Of a stretch of DNA of 38,948 bases, positions 8,558 through 17,552 are shown piece by piece. Location of the stretch: positions 1-38,948 of the forward strand of contig JARVGK010000013.1 of assembly GCA_029762535.1 (NCBI GenBank), given 5' to 3'. Both the position numbers and the translations under genes were made by a program. This stretch comes from Thermoplasmatota archaeon (GTDB lineage Archaea; Thermoplasmatota; Penumbrarchaeia; Penumbrarchaeales; Penumbrarchaeaceae). The number at the start of each line of letters is the position of its first letter. Positions within the stretch are counted from its first letter, which is position 1. The notes under the pieces are model-generated. The model saw only the letters and a program-made list of their open reading frames with translations. It had not been told where the DNA came from and did no database searches.

Positions 8558-9773
8558 GGAACACCTTGGCATCGCCCAGGTAATTGGAGAGCAGCGCGCT
8601 CTCGTCGGGCATGTGGGCCGTATCTTCCAACCTCCCCCAGACCACTGAGGGCAGACCGGCCCTCCTCAATATCGCGGCGCAGGTTCCCCCACCGATCCCG
8701 ACAGGTTTAGCCTCGGTCCCGTAAACCTCCATCACCGCGTCCTTGAGCATACCCACGAGCGGGTGGTCCGCGGGAGTGGGCGGAGCGGCCTTCTCCATCT
8801 GGACAGTGCAGAATTCGAAGGTGACCCCCGCGCTCTCGCCGAATTCGAGAGCCCTCATTCGAATGAATTCCAGGACCTCGGCGGGATCGTATGCGGGCAT
8901 GATCCTGCAGTCGATGTACTGAACGTCCTCGCCGGGGATCGTGTTCACGTTCGGGACGTTCGCTTCCTTCTTGGTCGGTTCGAAGGAGGATATCGGATGG
9001 TCGTACATGTCGTCCATGTCCGGATATCTCTCGTGCAGTTCATCGTAGAGAGAGACCAGGAACCTCATGGCCGCCAGATTCGCGTTCACGCCCTTCGAGG
9101 GAACGGATGCGTGTACCTGTTTTCCGAACGTCCTCATCTTCACCCACATTATAGACTTCTCCGCCACCTCTATCATCGCCCCATCCGGATCCCCCGCGTC
9201 CGGTACGACATAAAGGTCACCGTCCCCGAACAGTTCCCTGTGTTGCTTGATCAGATACACCATGCCCTTGGCGGACCCGACCTCCTCGTCCGCCACGAGG
9301 AACAATTTCACATCCCTGCGGGGCCGGGTGCCGCTTTCGAGCAGGGCCTTGGCCGCGAACATGGATGCGAAAAGGCCCTGTCCGTTGTCCTCCACTCCCC
9401 TTGCGATCATCCTGTCCCCTTCAACTCTGAGCTTCCAGGGATCGGCGCTCCACTTGTTTAGGTCCCCCGGAGGAACGACGTCGATATGGCTGAAGATCCA
9501 TATAGGGGGCCGTGCGGGATCGGACCCCTTCAAAGTTAGAAGGAGGTTTGGCCTCTCCTTGGCCGCAACCCTTGGGTCCGGGGAATTATAATATTCGATA
9601 CGATCGAATCCCCATGAGGAGGCGATCCTGGCAACGCATTTCGCCTTCTCCATCTCACCGTCCCCGTCCGATTCCGGGGCGATGGCCGGTATCGAAAGCA
9701 CCTCGGATGCCATCTCAATAATATCCTTTACGTATCCATCTATACTATCATCGAGTTCCTTGATTCCAGCCAT
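8538..9773 (-). CDS. M20 family metallopeptidase (DapE/ArgE-like)
   Basis: SHIDVVPPG, ARGVEDNG, ADEEVGS, GKQVHAS, NVNTIPG and AHMPDE motifs. GAGGTG RBS before the ATG at 9773. Confidence 0.93.
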   Translation of the reverse strand: MAGIKELDDSIDGYVKDIIEMASEVLSIPAIAPESDGDGEMEKAKCVARIASSWGFDRIEYYNSPDPRVAAKERPNLLLTLKGSDPARPPIWIFSHIDVVPPGDLNKWSADPWKLRVEGDRMIARGVEDNGQGLFASMFAAKALLESGTRPRRDVKLFLVADEEVGSAKGMVYLIKQHRELFGDGDLYVVPDAGDPDGAMIEVAEKSIMWVKMRTFGKQVHASVPSKGVNANLAAMRFLVSLYDELHERYPDMDDMYDHPISSFEPTKKEANVPNVNTIPGEDVQYIDCRIMPAYDPAEVLEFIRMRALEFGESAGVTFEFCTVQMEKAAPPTPADHPLVGMLKDAVMEVYGTEAKPVGIGGGTCAAILRRAGLPSVVWGRLEDTAHMPDESALLSNYLGDAKVFLRLFLS

Positions 9774-9809
9774 GCGTTCCACCTCTAGTGTATAGGCATT
9801 CATGAATGA

Positions 9810-12125
9810 TCACCGTTGCGTAAAGAGTGCCCTGACGTCCAATTCCACCGCTACCGGCCTGTGATCGGAGGCCTCCTTCCTGTCGTCAATGTGGCTTCTT
9901 ATGGGGTCAATGGGAGGTGACATCAGAACGTAGTCTATATGCACCCGCTCATCGTCGAGGTCCGATGCGGGCCATGTGTGAACCGTGAGGGGGAGGTTTC
10001 CCTCTCGGGAGCAGTGCCATCCGCTGACGAGGTCCAGGGTCGCGCTCCTGTTCCCGCCCCTTGAAAGCGTCCCGTTCGGGCCGAAGAGGGTGCTGTTGAA
10101 CTTCTCCATCAAGGGATCTCGCGGTTCTGAATTGAAGTCGCCCCCTACTATCAACGGGCCCTGGATCTCACTCAAAGCAGCGGCGAGCTCGTCGGTCTGC
10201 ACCGGACGGTCGATCTCGTCCTGGCCCAGATGGACGCATACGAGGGTGACCTCCACCCCGCCGATTTCAGTGGAGCATCTGAGGAAGTACTTCTTCTCGA
10301 CGTTGTAGCTGAGCATGACCACTCTGCCATCATCGACGGGGAACCTTGAGAGGATGGAGAGGCCGTAGGTACCCTCCCATGGGGGCGGCCCACGAACGTA
10401 ATGCATGTCCAGGTCGTATGCCAGGTAGCGGGTGAGGTCGTAGTTTCCGCCGGACGGCAGCAGGGCCTCGGTCTCCTGGAGGAAGACGATATCCGGGGCA
10501 TGCTCCTTTATGGTCTCAAGCATGCGGACGGGGTCCGCCCTACCGTCGTTGTTGAAACCCTGATGAACGTTGTACGTCATCACCGTGATCGTCCCGGGAG
10601 CGGACCCCGGTCCCGGGGGCTCATAGGAGACCTCTTTTAAGTATATGACCGCGGACCCTGCTATGATGAGTATGACGGTGAGGCTACCCGTAACCATCCA
10701 CTCGACTCCCAGCCTCTTCCCTTTATCCATCCTCCGGACGGGGTGTCCCGTTCCGGACCCGGCCGCAAGGGCAGGGGACCCCTTCTTGCTCGGATCCCTG
10801 CATCTCTCCCGTATGCATGGCTCGTAGATCCCCTTCTTGGAGCACATGAATCCGGATACCGAAAGGAGGACGGCGGGCAGGGCCATGAAGAGAGGGATAC
10901 GCCCCTCGAAGATGCCACCTCCGGGGATGAAGGCCGAGTTCAGGGACAGAACGATCAGGACAGGGAAGATGAGCATGATCGAGTTGGTCAGGACCATTCT
11001 CCTGGCGAAGATGCCGGGGGATCTTCCCACACCTCTCTTCCCCAGAATCCCGATCCTCTTACCGGTGCCGTCCCCCCGTTCTATCTCGACGGGCACCCCG
11101 GCGAAGGGATCGGTGTCCAGGATAGCATCTATTATCAACCACAGGTTCACCAATGACATCCATATGAACACGAGCGGGGATATGGGAAGAGCGAACCGGA
11201 ACACGAACATGTTGAGGGCAGCCCCGATAAGAGCCAGGTTGGCGATGATAGACCCCTTGGGAGGGGCAAAGGAGGTCCTCAGACCTATGAGTAGCCTGTA
11301 AGAGCTGAAGAGCGACAGTATGAACAGGGACACAGCCAGAAGGGACATAGAATGGACCATTGGATCCTCCCTTCCGAGCCAGACCATTCCGACCTGTGAA
11401 TATGGCAGGACAAGGGCCGAGATGGCCAGAAAACTCCCCAGGCCCACGAACGGTATCCTGGAATCCACCGCCCCGCCGCTTATCTCGTGCCCGACCCCTC
11501 CTCCCGGCCCTCTCTTGGGGTCGAGCAGGGGCGCGTTCACTATCAGGAAGAGCAGGAAGCCGATCGTCCCGGCTGTCAAGGTTGAGAACAGAGGCGAGAG
11601 TATTATCCCGGCCGCCTCGGGGACGATGGATATGTCCAAACCGTTGCCCGCGTAAAGGAGGACCATCTGGAGGAGCAGCGAAAGGGAAAGGGCTCCGGTA
11701 GCGCCCTGGGATGAGAAAACGTCCGGGTCCATCTCTTTCTCCCTTCTCTGTATGGATAGGGCGAGTATCAGAAAGGCAGAGGCCGAGCCGAAGGCCAGGG
11801 CGGAGAACACCAACTGGAAAGGCCTCAACAGCCCCAGGCCCAGAGGCAGTCGGGCCAGTGCTGTGAAGGCGCCCGTCAGTATTAATGCGGCCCTCCATCC
11901 AAAGAGCTTCGATGCGGGGATGATGATCAGAGGCGATGCCACGACCAATACCGCGGCGATCTCGGGAGAGGGGCCCATGTTGACCAGGCTGAAGTAGTAG
12001 ATGGACGTCACCAATTCCCTGAAGGACTGGACCAGTACCAGGCCCACCAGCGACATCAGTATGTACCAGGCGCTGGAGGCGATCCCAGTGCATTTCACCT
12101 CCATACGGCCATCCGGATCGGACAT
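9810..12125 (-). CDS. Polytopic membrane protein with C-terminal endonuclease/exonuclease/phosphatase (EEP) domain, Cwh43/PGAP2IP-like
   Basis: Many TM helices followed by MTYNVHQG, DIVFLQE, GLSILSRFP, VGGDFNS, HIDYV and SDHRPV. GGAGG RBS before the ATG at 12125 (the ORF track starts at 12164). Confidence 0.85.
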   Translation of the reverse strand: MSDPDGRMEVKCTGIASSAWYILMSLVGLVLVQSFRELVTSIYYFSLVNMGPSPEIAAVLVVASPLIIIPASKLFGWRAALILTGAFTALARLPLGLGLLRPFQLVFSALAFGSASAFLILALSIQRREKEMDPDVFSSQGATGALSLSLLLQMVLLYAGNGLDISIVPEAAGIILSPLFSTLTAGTIGFLLFLIVNAPLLDPKRGPGGGVGHEISGGAVDSRIPFVGLGSFLAISALVLPYSQVGMVWLGREDPMVHSMSLLAVSLFILSLFSSYRLLIGLRTSFAPPKGSIIANLALIGAALNMFVFRFALPISPLVFIWMSLVNLWLIIDAILDTDPFAGVPVEIERGDGTGKRIGILGKRGVGRSPGIFARRMVLTNSIMLIFPVLIVLSLNSAFIPGGGIFEGRIPLFMALPAVLLSVSGFMCSKKGIYEPCIRERCRDPSKKGSPALAAGSGTGHPVRRMDKGKRLGVEWMVTGSLTVILIIAGSAVIYLKEVSYEPPGPGSAPGTITVMTYNVHQGFNNDGRADPVRMLETIKEHAPDIVFLQETEALLPSGGNYDLTRYLAYDLDMHYVRGPPPWEGTYGLSILSRFPVDDGRVVMLSYNVEKKYFLRCSTEIGGVEVTLVCVHLGQDEIDRPVQTDELAAALSEIQGPLIVGGDFNSEPRDPLMEKFNSTLFGPNGTLSRGGNRSATLDLVSGWHCSREGNLPLTVHTWPASDLDDERVHIDYVLMSPPIDPIRSHIDDRKEASDHRPVAVELDVRALFTQR

Positions 12126-12219
12126 GTATCGGCCTCCGGGCTTTCTTCCCCTTGCCCGGCTCATGTCCCTATAGGTTTATCAGATTGTTGGTATCTTACC
12201 CGTAGCGAGGCCGTATCAA

Positions 12220-13341
12220 ATGCTCTCCTTCCCGCCCTTCAGGCACGTGAATTGGATACTGGACCTGCCCAGGCCGGAGTACGATCTCGCAACGAGCAAC
12301 ATGCTTCCGGACTGGTCCGCATTTTTAGAGCCACCCGATCCCCTGGACATGATGAGATGCGGCAACCCGAAAGGAGATCCGGGCCTGATAAGGTATCTGG
12401 AGGAAGATTACAGGGTTACCAAGGACAGGGTCCTCATCACCAACGGGACGAGCGAGGCCAATCATCTAGCTTATCTGAGCCTCCTGAAAAAAGGTGCAAC
12501 GGTGCTCATCGAAAAGCCGATATACACACCTCTGTTGGAGATACCAAAGGCGATGGGGTGCAGGATAAGTTTTGTCAACAGAAGGCCGGACGATTACAGG
12601 GTGGACTTAAGGGAGCTCAAGCAGAAGGCCGAGCTCGGAGCGGACCTGCTGGTGCTTCAGAACCACAACAATCCCTCCGGGAAGGCATTACAGGAGCACG
12701 AGCTGCGCGACATAGTCAAGGTCTGTTCCGATAACGACATCCCCATACTATGCGACGAGGTATACAGGGATTATGCGCTCTCCCCGGGCGAAGGCGAACG
12801 CCTCATGAACCCGATACCCTCCATCGTCAGCCTCTACGACAAAGGGATCGCCACGTCCTCGGTCACCAAGGTATACGGTGCCACGGGCCTGGTGACCGGA
12901 TGGATGATAGGTGCTAAAAGGGTCGTTCAAAGGGCCAGGTCCATCAAGATCATGACGGATCCGATGATATCGAACTACGGGAACAGGTTGGCGCTTCAGG
13001 CATTGAAGGCCAGGGACCATGTTCTACCGGAAGCGTTCTCCGCCCTCAGGGAGAAGCTTCGCCTCGTCAGCTCATGGGCGAGGGGGCGAAAGGACGTCCA
13101 CTGGTCCGCACCGGACGCCTGCGCTATCGGGTTCCTACGCTACGATCACAGGTTATCGTCCCTTGATTTCTGCAGGAGGCTTTACCACGATCACGGCACC
13201 AGGGCGGTCCCTGGGGCTTTCTTCCATGCGGAAAGGGGGCTGAGGATCGGATTGACAGCGCCCTACGAGGAGATCAGGGGCGGCCTGGAGAGGATCGACG
13301 CTCTCCTTGACGAGATCGCCCATGAAAGCGATCATATGTAG
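12220..13341 (+). CDS. PLP-dependent aminotransferase class I/II
   Basis: ITNGTSEA, NHNNPSG, DEVY, SSVTKVYGATGL..GW (PLP Lys) and LRIG motifs. Confidence 0.92.
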   Translation: MLSFPPFRHVNWILDLPRPEYDLATSNMLPDWSAFLEPPDPLDMMRCGNPKGDPGLIRYLEEDYRVTKDRVLITNGTSEANHLAYLSLLKKGATVLIEKPIYTPLLEIPKAMGCRISFVNRRPDDYRVDLRELKQKAELGADLLVLQNHNNPSGKALQEHELRDIVKVCSDNDIPILCDEVYRDYALSPGEGERLMNPIPSIVSLYDKGIATSSVTKVYGATGLVTGWMIGAKRVVQRARSIKIMTDPMISNYGNRLALQALKARDHVLPEAFSALREKLRLVSSWARGRKDVHWSAPDACAIGFLRYDHRLSSLDFCRRLYHDHGTRAVPGAFFHAERGLRIGLTAPYEEIRGGLERIDALLDEIAHESDHM

Positions 13342-14606
13342 CGGTCGAGGGTCATGTCCTCTAAAGGGCCCAAGAACCTTGTGGACCTTCTCCAGTTCCT
13401 GATCCCGCACGATGCATCGATGGCCTGGATGAGCGACGCCCGATCGTTGAAGAGCCTGGGCGGCGTGAGGAACGCCTTTCTCAGCGCCTCCCTTATTACC
13501 CATACCCCTAGAGGTGCCCAGTATTCGTCCGTTATCCATCTGATCACCGTAGCTCCGGCGTTCCTGCCTATGGAGAGGAGATGGTCCACGGTGGAGAGCC
13601 TCGCCGCGTAGTATGCGCCCGTGATGGCATCCGCATACCCGGTCCTACCCCTGGGCCCCTCCCAGTCGTGGATGACATCTCCCTCTCCCCAGAGCGATCC
13701 CTTCTGCCACTGCTCCGCCATCTCGAACCTGAAGGGCGGAGGGTAAAGGGCAATGAGGAAATGGTTCCCGAAAGATGAGCAGCTGTAAAGATGGTAGCAG
13801 TCGAGCGGGGTCAGGCCAAGGGCCCTCTCCTTGAGCTGTTTGGACAGGGTATCGTCCACCGCCGTGATCGACCATCTGGTCGGGACCAGCCTTCTCCTTC
13901 TACCCCCGCCGAGTAGCCCCACGGAGAAAAGTCGGGAGATATGCTCCTCCCGGATCCCCTCCCTGTATAGCTCGAGGACACCCTCGTTGGCTATCATATC
14001 CGTGTCCGATACGGCCCGATCAACGGGACGGGGGATTCGGGGGTTGTCGATCACCTTCAACGTCAGCATGTCTATCGAGGGCCCCATTGGCATCATTATC
14101 ATGTCGAGAGAAGGAATGGGAGCCATGACCTTAAGGTCCTTTCTCGATATCATCTCCGCGTCCATGGACCTGGACGACATCGACATCTCCTGGATGGAGG
14201 AGAGGATACGTCTTTTTCCTATCCCCAGCCGATCCTCCACCTCCATAAGTGGTTCGCTGCCTCCGAGGGGATCCGCCTTGGCGGTCCTGACATCGAGTCT
14301 GCTCCTGCCCCGGACCAGAGACGAGCGTATAGAATATACCTCCTCCAGGCCAAGGGCGTTGAGGAAGGACGGGTCCTCTAGCCTCTCTGCCATTGGTAGG
14401 GGGGCGGGGGAGGCGAGGGGCCCGATCGTTATCCTGGGGTAGCCGAACCTACCAACGAAGACCGAAGGAGGGGAGGGGCCCTGTAGGCTTCTGCCGGAGA
14501 GCTTCGGTAAGGACGCTCTGCCGCGTACATCCGCCAGGAGCGGGCAGTGGTCCTGGCCGCACATCGCCTTCGTGCCTTTGCACTCCGAGCAGTAGGGATA
14601 GGCCAT
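13332..14606 (-). CDS. nreA: Archaeal DNA repair protein NreA (DUF650/DUF651)
   Basis: N-terminal CxxC...C....C zinc finger, GPSPPSVFVGRFGYP, RRLVPTRWSITAVD, GAYYAARL, YWAPLGVWVIRE and a C-terminal PIP-like MTLDRYI. Confidence 0.93.
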   Translation of the reverse strand: MAYPYCSECKGTKAMCGQDHCPLLADVRGRASLPKLSGRSLQGPSPPSVFVGRFGYPRITIGPLASPAPLPMAERLEDPSFLNALGLEEVYSIRSSLVRGRSRLDVRTAKADPLGGSEPLMEVEDRLGIGKRRILSSIQEMSMSSRSMDAEMISRKDLKVMAPIPSLDMIMMPMGPSIDMLTLKVIDNPRIPRPVDRAVSDTDMIANEGVLELYREGIREEHISRLFSVGLLGGGRRRRLVPTRWSITAVDDTLSKQLKERALGLTPLDCYHLYSCSSFGNHFLIALYPPPFRFEMAEQWQKGSLWGEGDVIHDWEGPRGRTGYADAITGAYYAARLSTVDHLLSIGRNAGATVIRWITDEYWAPLGVWVIREALRKAFLTPPRLFNDRASLIQAIDASCGIRNWRRSTRFLGPLEDMTLDRYI

Positions 14607-14725
14607 TGTCCAGTAATCGCCTTGTTCGATTATATAGATGACCCGGCCCGACGAACTTCCATCTTGTCATCGACAAACCTAAAATAAGACCACTCTCTTA
14701 GGCCCTCCCGGAACAGGTGAAGGAT

Positions 14726-15634
14726 ATGGCAAAGGAGATAGTACTGGAGAAGCTCCGGCACGGGACGGAACTGCTGAAACGGGGATTCGCCAGCATGCAG
14801 AAGGGCGGCGTCGTTATGGACGTGACCGATGCAGCACAGGCAATGATAGCCGAGGAGGCCGGTGCCGTTGCGGTCATGGCCCTTGAGAGGGTGCCTGCGG
14901 ACATAAGGGCCCAGGGCGGGGTGGCCAGGATGGCCGACCCGGTGAAGATACTCGAGATAATCGATGCGGTCTCCATCCCGGTCATGGCAAAGGCGAGGAT
15001 AGGCCATTTCGCGGAAGCCCAGATACTCGAGGTACTGGGAGTGGACATGATCGATGAATCAGAGGTCCTGACCCCCGCGGACCCGCATTACCATATAGAC
15101 AAATCCAAGTTCACTGTGCCGTTCGTATGCGGGGCAAGGGACCTGGGAGAGGCCCTACGCAGGATATACGAGGGCGCCGCGATGATAAGGACCAAGGGCG
15201 AGGCCGGGACCGGAAACGTGATCGAAGCGGTGAGGCATCAGCACGCGATAATGGGCGCGATCCGCGCCCTTATGGGCCGCTCCGAGCAGGAGCTTTTCCA
15301 GGTGGCAAGGGATATCCAGGCCCCTAACGAGCTGGTCGTGGAGGTGGCGAAACTCCAGAGATTGCCGGTCGTCAATTTCGCCGCGGGCGGGATCGCGACC
15401 CCGGCCGATGCCTCCCTCATGATGCAGATGGGGGTGGACGGTGTGTTCGTGGGCTCGGGCATCTTCAAATCGAGCGACCCGGAGAGGATGGCGAGCGCAA
15501 TAGTCGAGGCCGTAAGAGGCTTCGATGACCCGAAGGTTCTGGCCGAGGTATCCAAAGGGCTCGGGGATGCGATGCCTGGCATCAACATCGATACTATCCC
15601 CAAGGAAATGCAGCTTCAGAACAGGGGCTGGTGA
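14726..15634 (+). CDS. pdxS: Pyridoxal 5'-phosphate synthase lyase subunit
   Basis: [53 protein letters not shown] and terminal RGW. AGGTGA RBS before the ATG at 14726. Confidence 0.98.
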   Translation: MAKEIVLEKLRHGTELLKRGFASMQKGGVVMDVTDAAQAMIAEEAGAVAVMALERVPADIRAQGGVARMADPVKILEIIDAVSIPVMAKARIGHFAEAQILEVLGVDMIDESEVLTPADPHYHIDKSKFTVPFVCGARDLGEALRRIYEGAAMIRTKGEAGTGNVIEAVRHQHAIMGAIRALMGRSEQELFQVARDIQAPNELVVEVAKLQRLPVVNFAAGGIATPADASLMMQMGVDGVFVGSGIFKSSDPERMASAIVEAVRGFDDPKVLAEVSKGLGDAMPGINIDTIPKEMQLQNRGW

Positions 15635-15820
15635 GACAACCCCGCGACGATGAGCAAAATTTGATATAGTATCCGCTTCCTATAAAATGCGGGATGTATA
15701 GGGTGTAAGTCCCTATCTTTGCCGTACCTTATCCAGGTACCCCAAAAGTAACCTTTCGTTGGGCCTCCCGTCAGGCCTTCGCCTGTACATCCCACCCCTA
15801 TTAAGGAAGGGAGTGAAAGA

Positions 15821-16765
15821 ATGGATGTCGAGGAGAAGGCCAGGGCCACCCTGGTGAACAGCCTGGGTCTGAAAGGGAGCGAGAGGGCCCTCATACTCTG
15901 CGACATAGGCAGCATCGGGATAGGTGAGGTGTTCTACAAGGCGGCCGTCAGGATGACACGGGACGCCTACATGATGGTGATGCCGAAGGGGAAGCATCAC
16001 GGGGCCGAGCCGCCTCCTCCGGTCACGAGCATGATGATGGACAGCGACGTGATCATCGCACCCACGACCTTTTCACTGACCTATACGAATGCGGCCCGGG
16101 CCTCGCTTGCTGCGGGATCCCGGATCGCCACGATGCCCGGGATCACAAAAGAAATGCTTGAAAGAGGGGGTTTCGAGGCGGATTACTCGAAGATCGCCAG
16201 AAGCATACGAAGGTTCGGCAGGATGTTCTCAACCAGCAAGAGGATCAGGATAACGTCGAAAGAGGGAACGGACCTTCTGCTCCTCATCAAGGGAAGGGAG
16301 TGGATAATGGGAGATAACGGGCTTTGCCTCAAGAGGGGCTCGATAACGAACCTACCCGCAGGGGAGGTTTTCATAGCCCCTGTGGAGAACTCGGCCCGGG
16401 GAACGCTCGTCGTGGACGGGGTATTCTCTCAGGGGCTGGAAACGCCTTTGACGATCCACATCAAAGACGGGGTCATCCAGAGTGTGGACGGGATAAATGA
16501 CGTATCGCAGCTCTTCAGGGGTAAGAAGTGCTCTAGGGTACTTTCGGAGATAGGGATAGGAATGAACCCCCATTCCATGATAATCGGGAACATTCTCGAG
16601 GACCAGAAGGCCCTTGGAACGGTACATATAGGGTTCGGGGACAATTCCACCTTCGGGGGCCGGGTCATATGCGATATGCACAACGATGGGATGCTGCTCC
16701 ATCCCACCTTGGACATTGGCGGTGTCAAGGTCATAGAGGACGGTAAGTTCGTCCTTGATCTGTGA
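15821..16765 (+). CDS. M29-like (thermophilic metalloprotease/aminopeptidase) family protein
   Basis: HGAEPP, TMPGIT, GTDL, NLPAGEVFIAP, EIGIGMNP, KALGTVHIGFGDN and HNDG motifs. Confidence 0.85.
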   Translation: MDVEEKARATLVNSLGLKGSERALILCDIGSIGIGEVFYKAAVRMTRDAYMMVMPKGKHHGAEPPPPVTSMMMDSDVIIAPTTFSLTYTNAARASLAAGSRIATMPGITKEMLERGGFEADYSKIARSIRRFGRMFSTSKRIRITSKEGTDLLLLIKGREWIMGDNGLCLKRGSITNLPAGEVFIAPVENSARGTLVVDGVFSQGLETPLTIHIKDGVIQSVDGINDVSQLFRGKKCSRVLSEIGIGMNPHSMIIGNILEDQKALGTVHIGFGDNSTFGGRVICDMHNDGMLLHPTLDIGGVKVIEDGKFVLDL

Positions 16766-16838
16766 ATATATTCGGCAGGGGACATAAGTTATTAGTATCA
16801 AGATACTATCAAACCCGGTCCACCTCGGGGTGATTCAC

Positions 16839-17489
16839 ATGGTCGAGCTGACGAACGACGAGCAGATTATCATCAGAAAGGAGTTCGAATCCTTGGAGGA
16901 TCCTCTAACCATTCAGTTGAGGATGAATTCCGATGCCCAGCAGAACTCGCCTGATCTCAAGGACCTGATCAAGAAGATAGCGGATCATGACGAGCGATTG
17001 AAATTGGAGATCGACGAGGTAGGAAGCTCCGCAGATGAGGAGTCGCCTCATGAATTGATCCCAGAGATACGCCTGATCGATAAAGAAGGTACGAAGAGCA
17101 GGATATTTTTCCATGGGACGCCCTCCATCAACGCCTTCCCCTCCCTGGTCAGGGCGATAAGGATGGTCTCATCGGGGAAACACGACCTCGATGAAGCGAT
17201 CGTGGAGAGGGCCAAGGCGCTGGAAAGCACAGACCTCGAGGTCCTGATCACTCCGAACACGCCGGGGGCGGCCCAGATGCTCGACATCGCATACGCTCTC
17301 GCCTACGCCGCAGAGAACATAACCGCACACGGGATCGAATTGATAGAGTTCCCCGATGTCGCGGAAAAATACAGGGTCCTGGGTTTCCCCAAGACCGTAG
17401 CCAACGGATCCTTGAAGTTCACCGGCATCTATTCGCTCGAGGAGATCATGCAGATCCTCGAGAAGAAGATATCCGATGCAGACGATTGA
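16839..17489 (+). CDS. Protein disulfide oxidoreductase (PDO/AhpF-NTD)-like double thioredoxin fold with no cysteines
   Basis: RIFFHGTPS..AFPSLV.AI..VS, EVLITPNTPGA (where CPYC is expected) and EFPDVAEKYRVLGFPKTVAN match the PDO layout. GGGGTGA RBS before the ATG at 16839. Confidence 0.8.
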   Translation: MVELTNDEQIIIRKEFESLEDPLTIQLRMNSDAQQNSPDLKDLIKKIADHDERLKLEIDEVGSSADEESPHELIPEIRLIDKEGTKSRIFFHGTPSINAFPSLVRAIRMVSSGKHDLDEAIVERAKALESTDLEVLITPNTPGAAQMLDIAYALAYAAENITAHGIELIEFPDVAEKYRVLGFPKTVANGSLKFTGIYSLEEIMQILEKKISDADD

Positions 17490-17552
17490 CGCCCCTGTCA
17501 GATAATTTAAAATCCCTATCAAATCCATCAGCGCATCAACGGGGGAAAACAA

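Noticed and set aside
221-14606. mutL, NUDIX and nreA as a DNA-repair island
   Set aside because: They are separated by unrelated genes in different orientations, so co-location is probably incidental.
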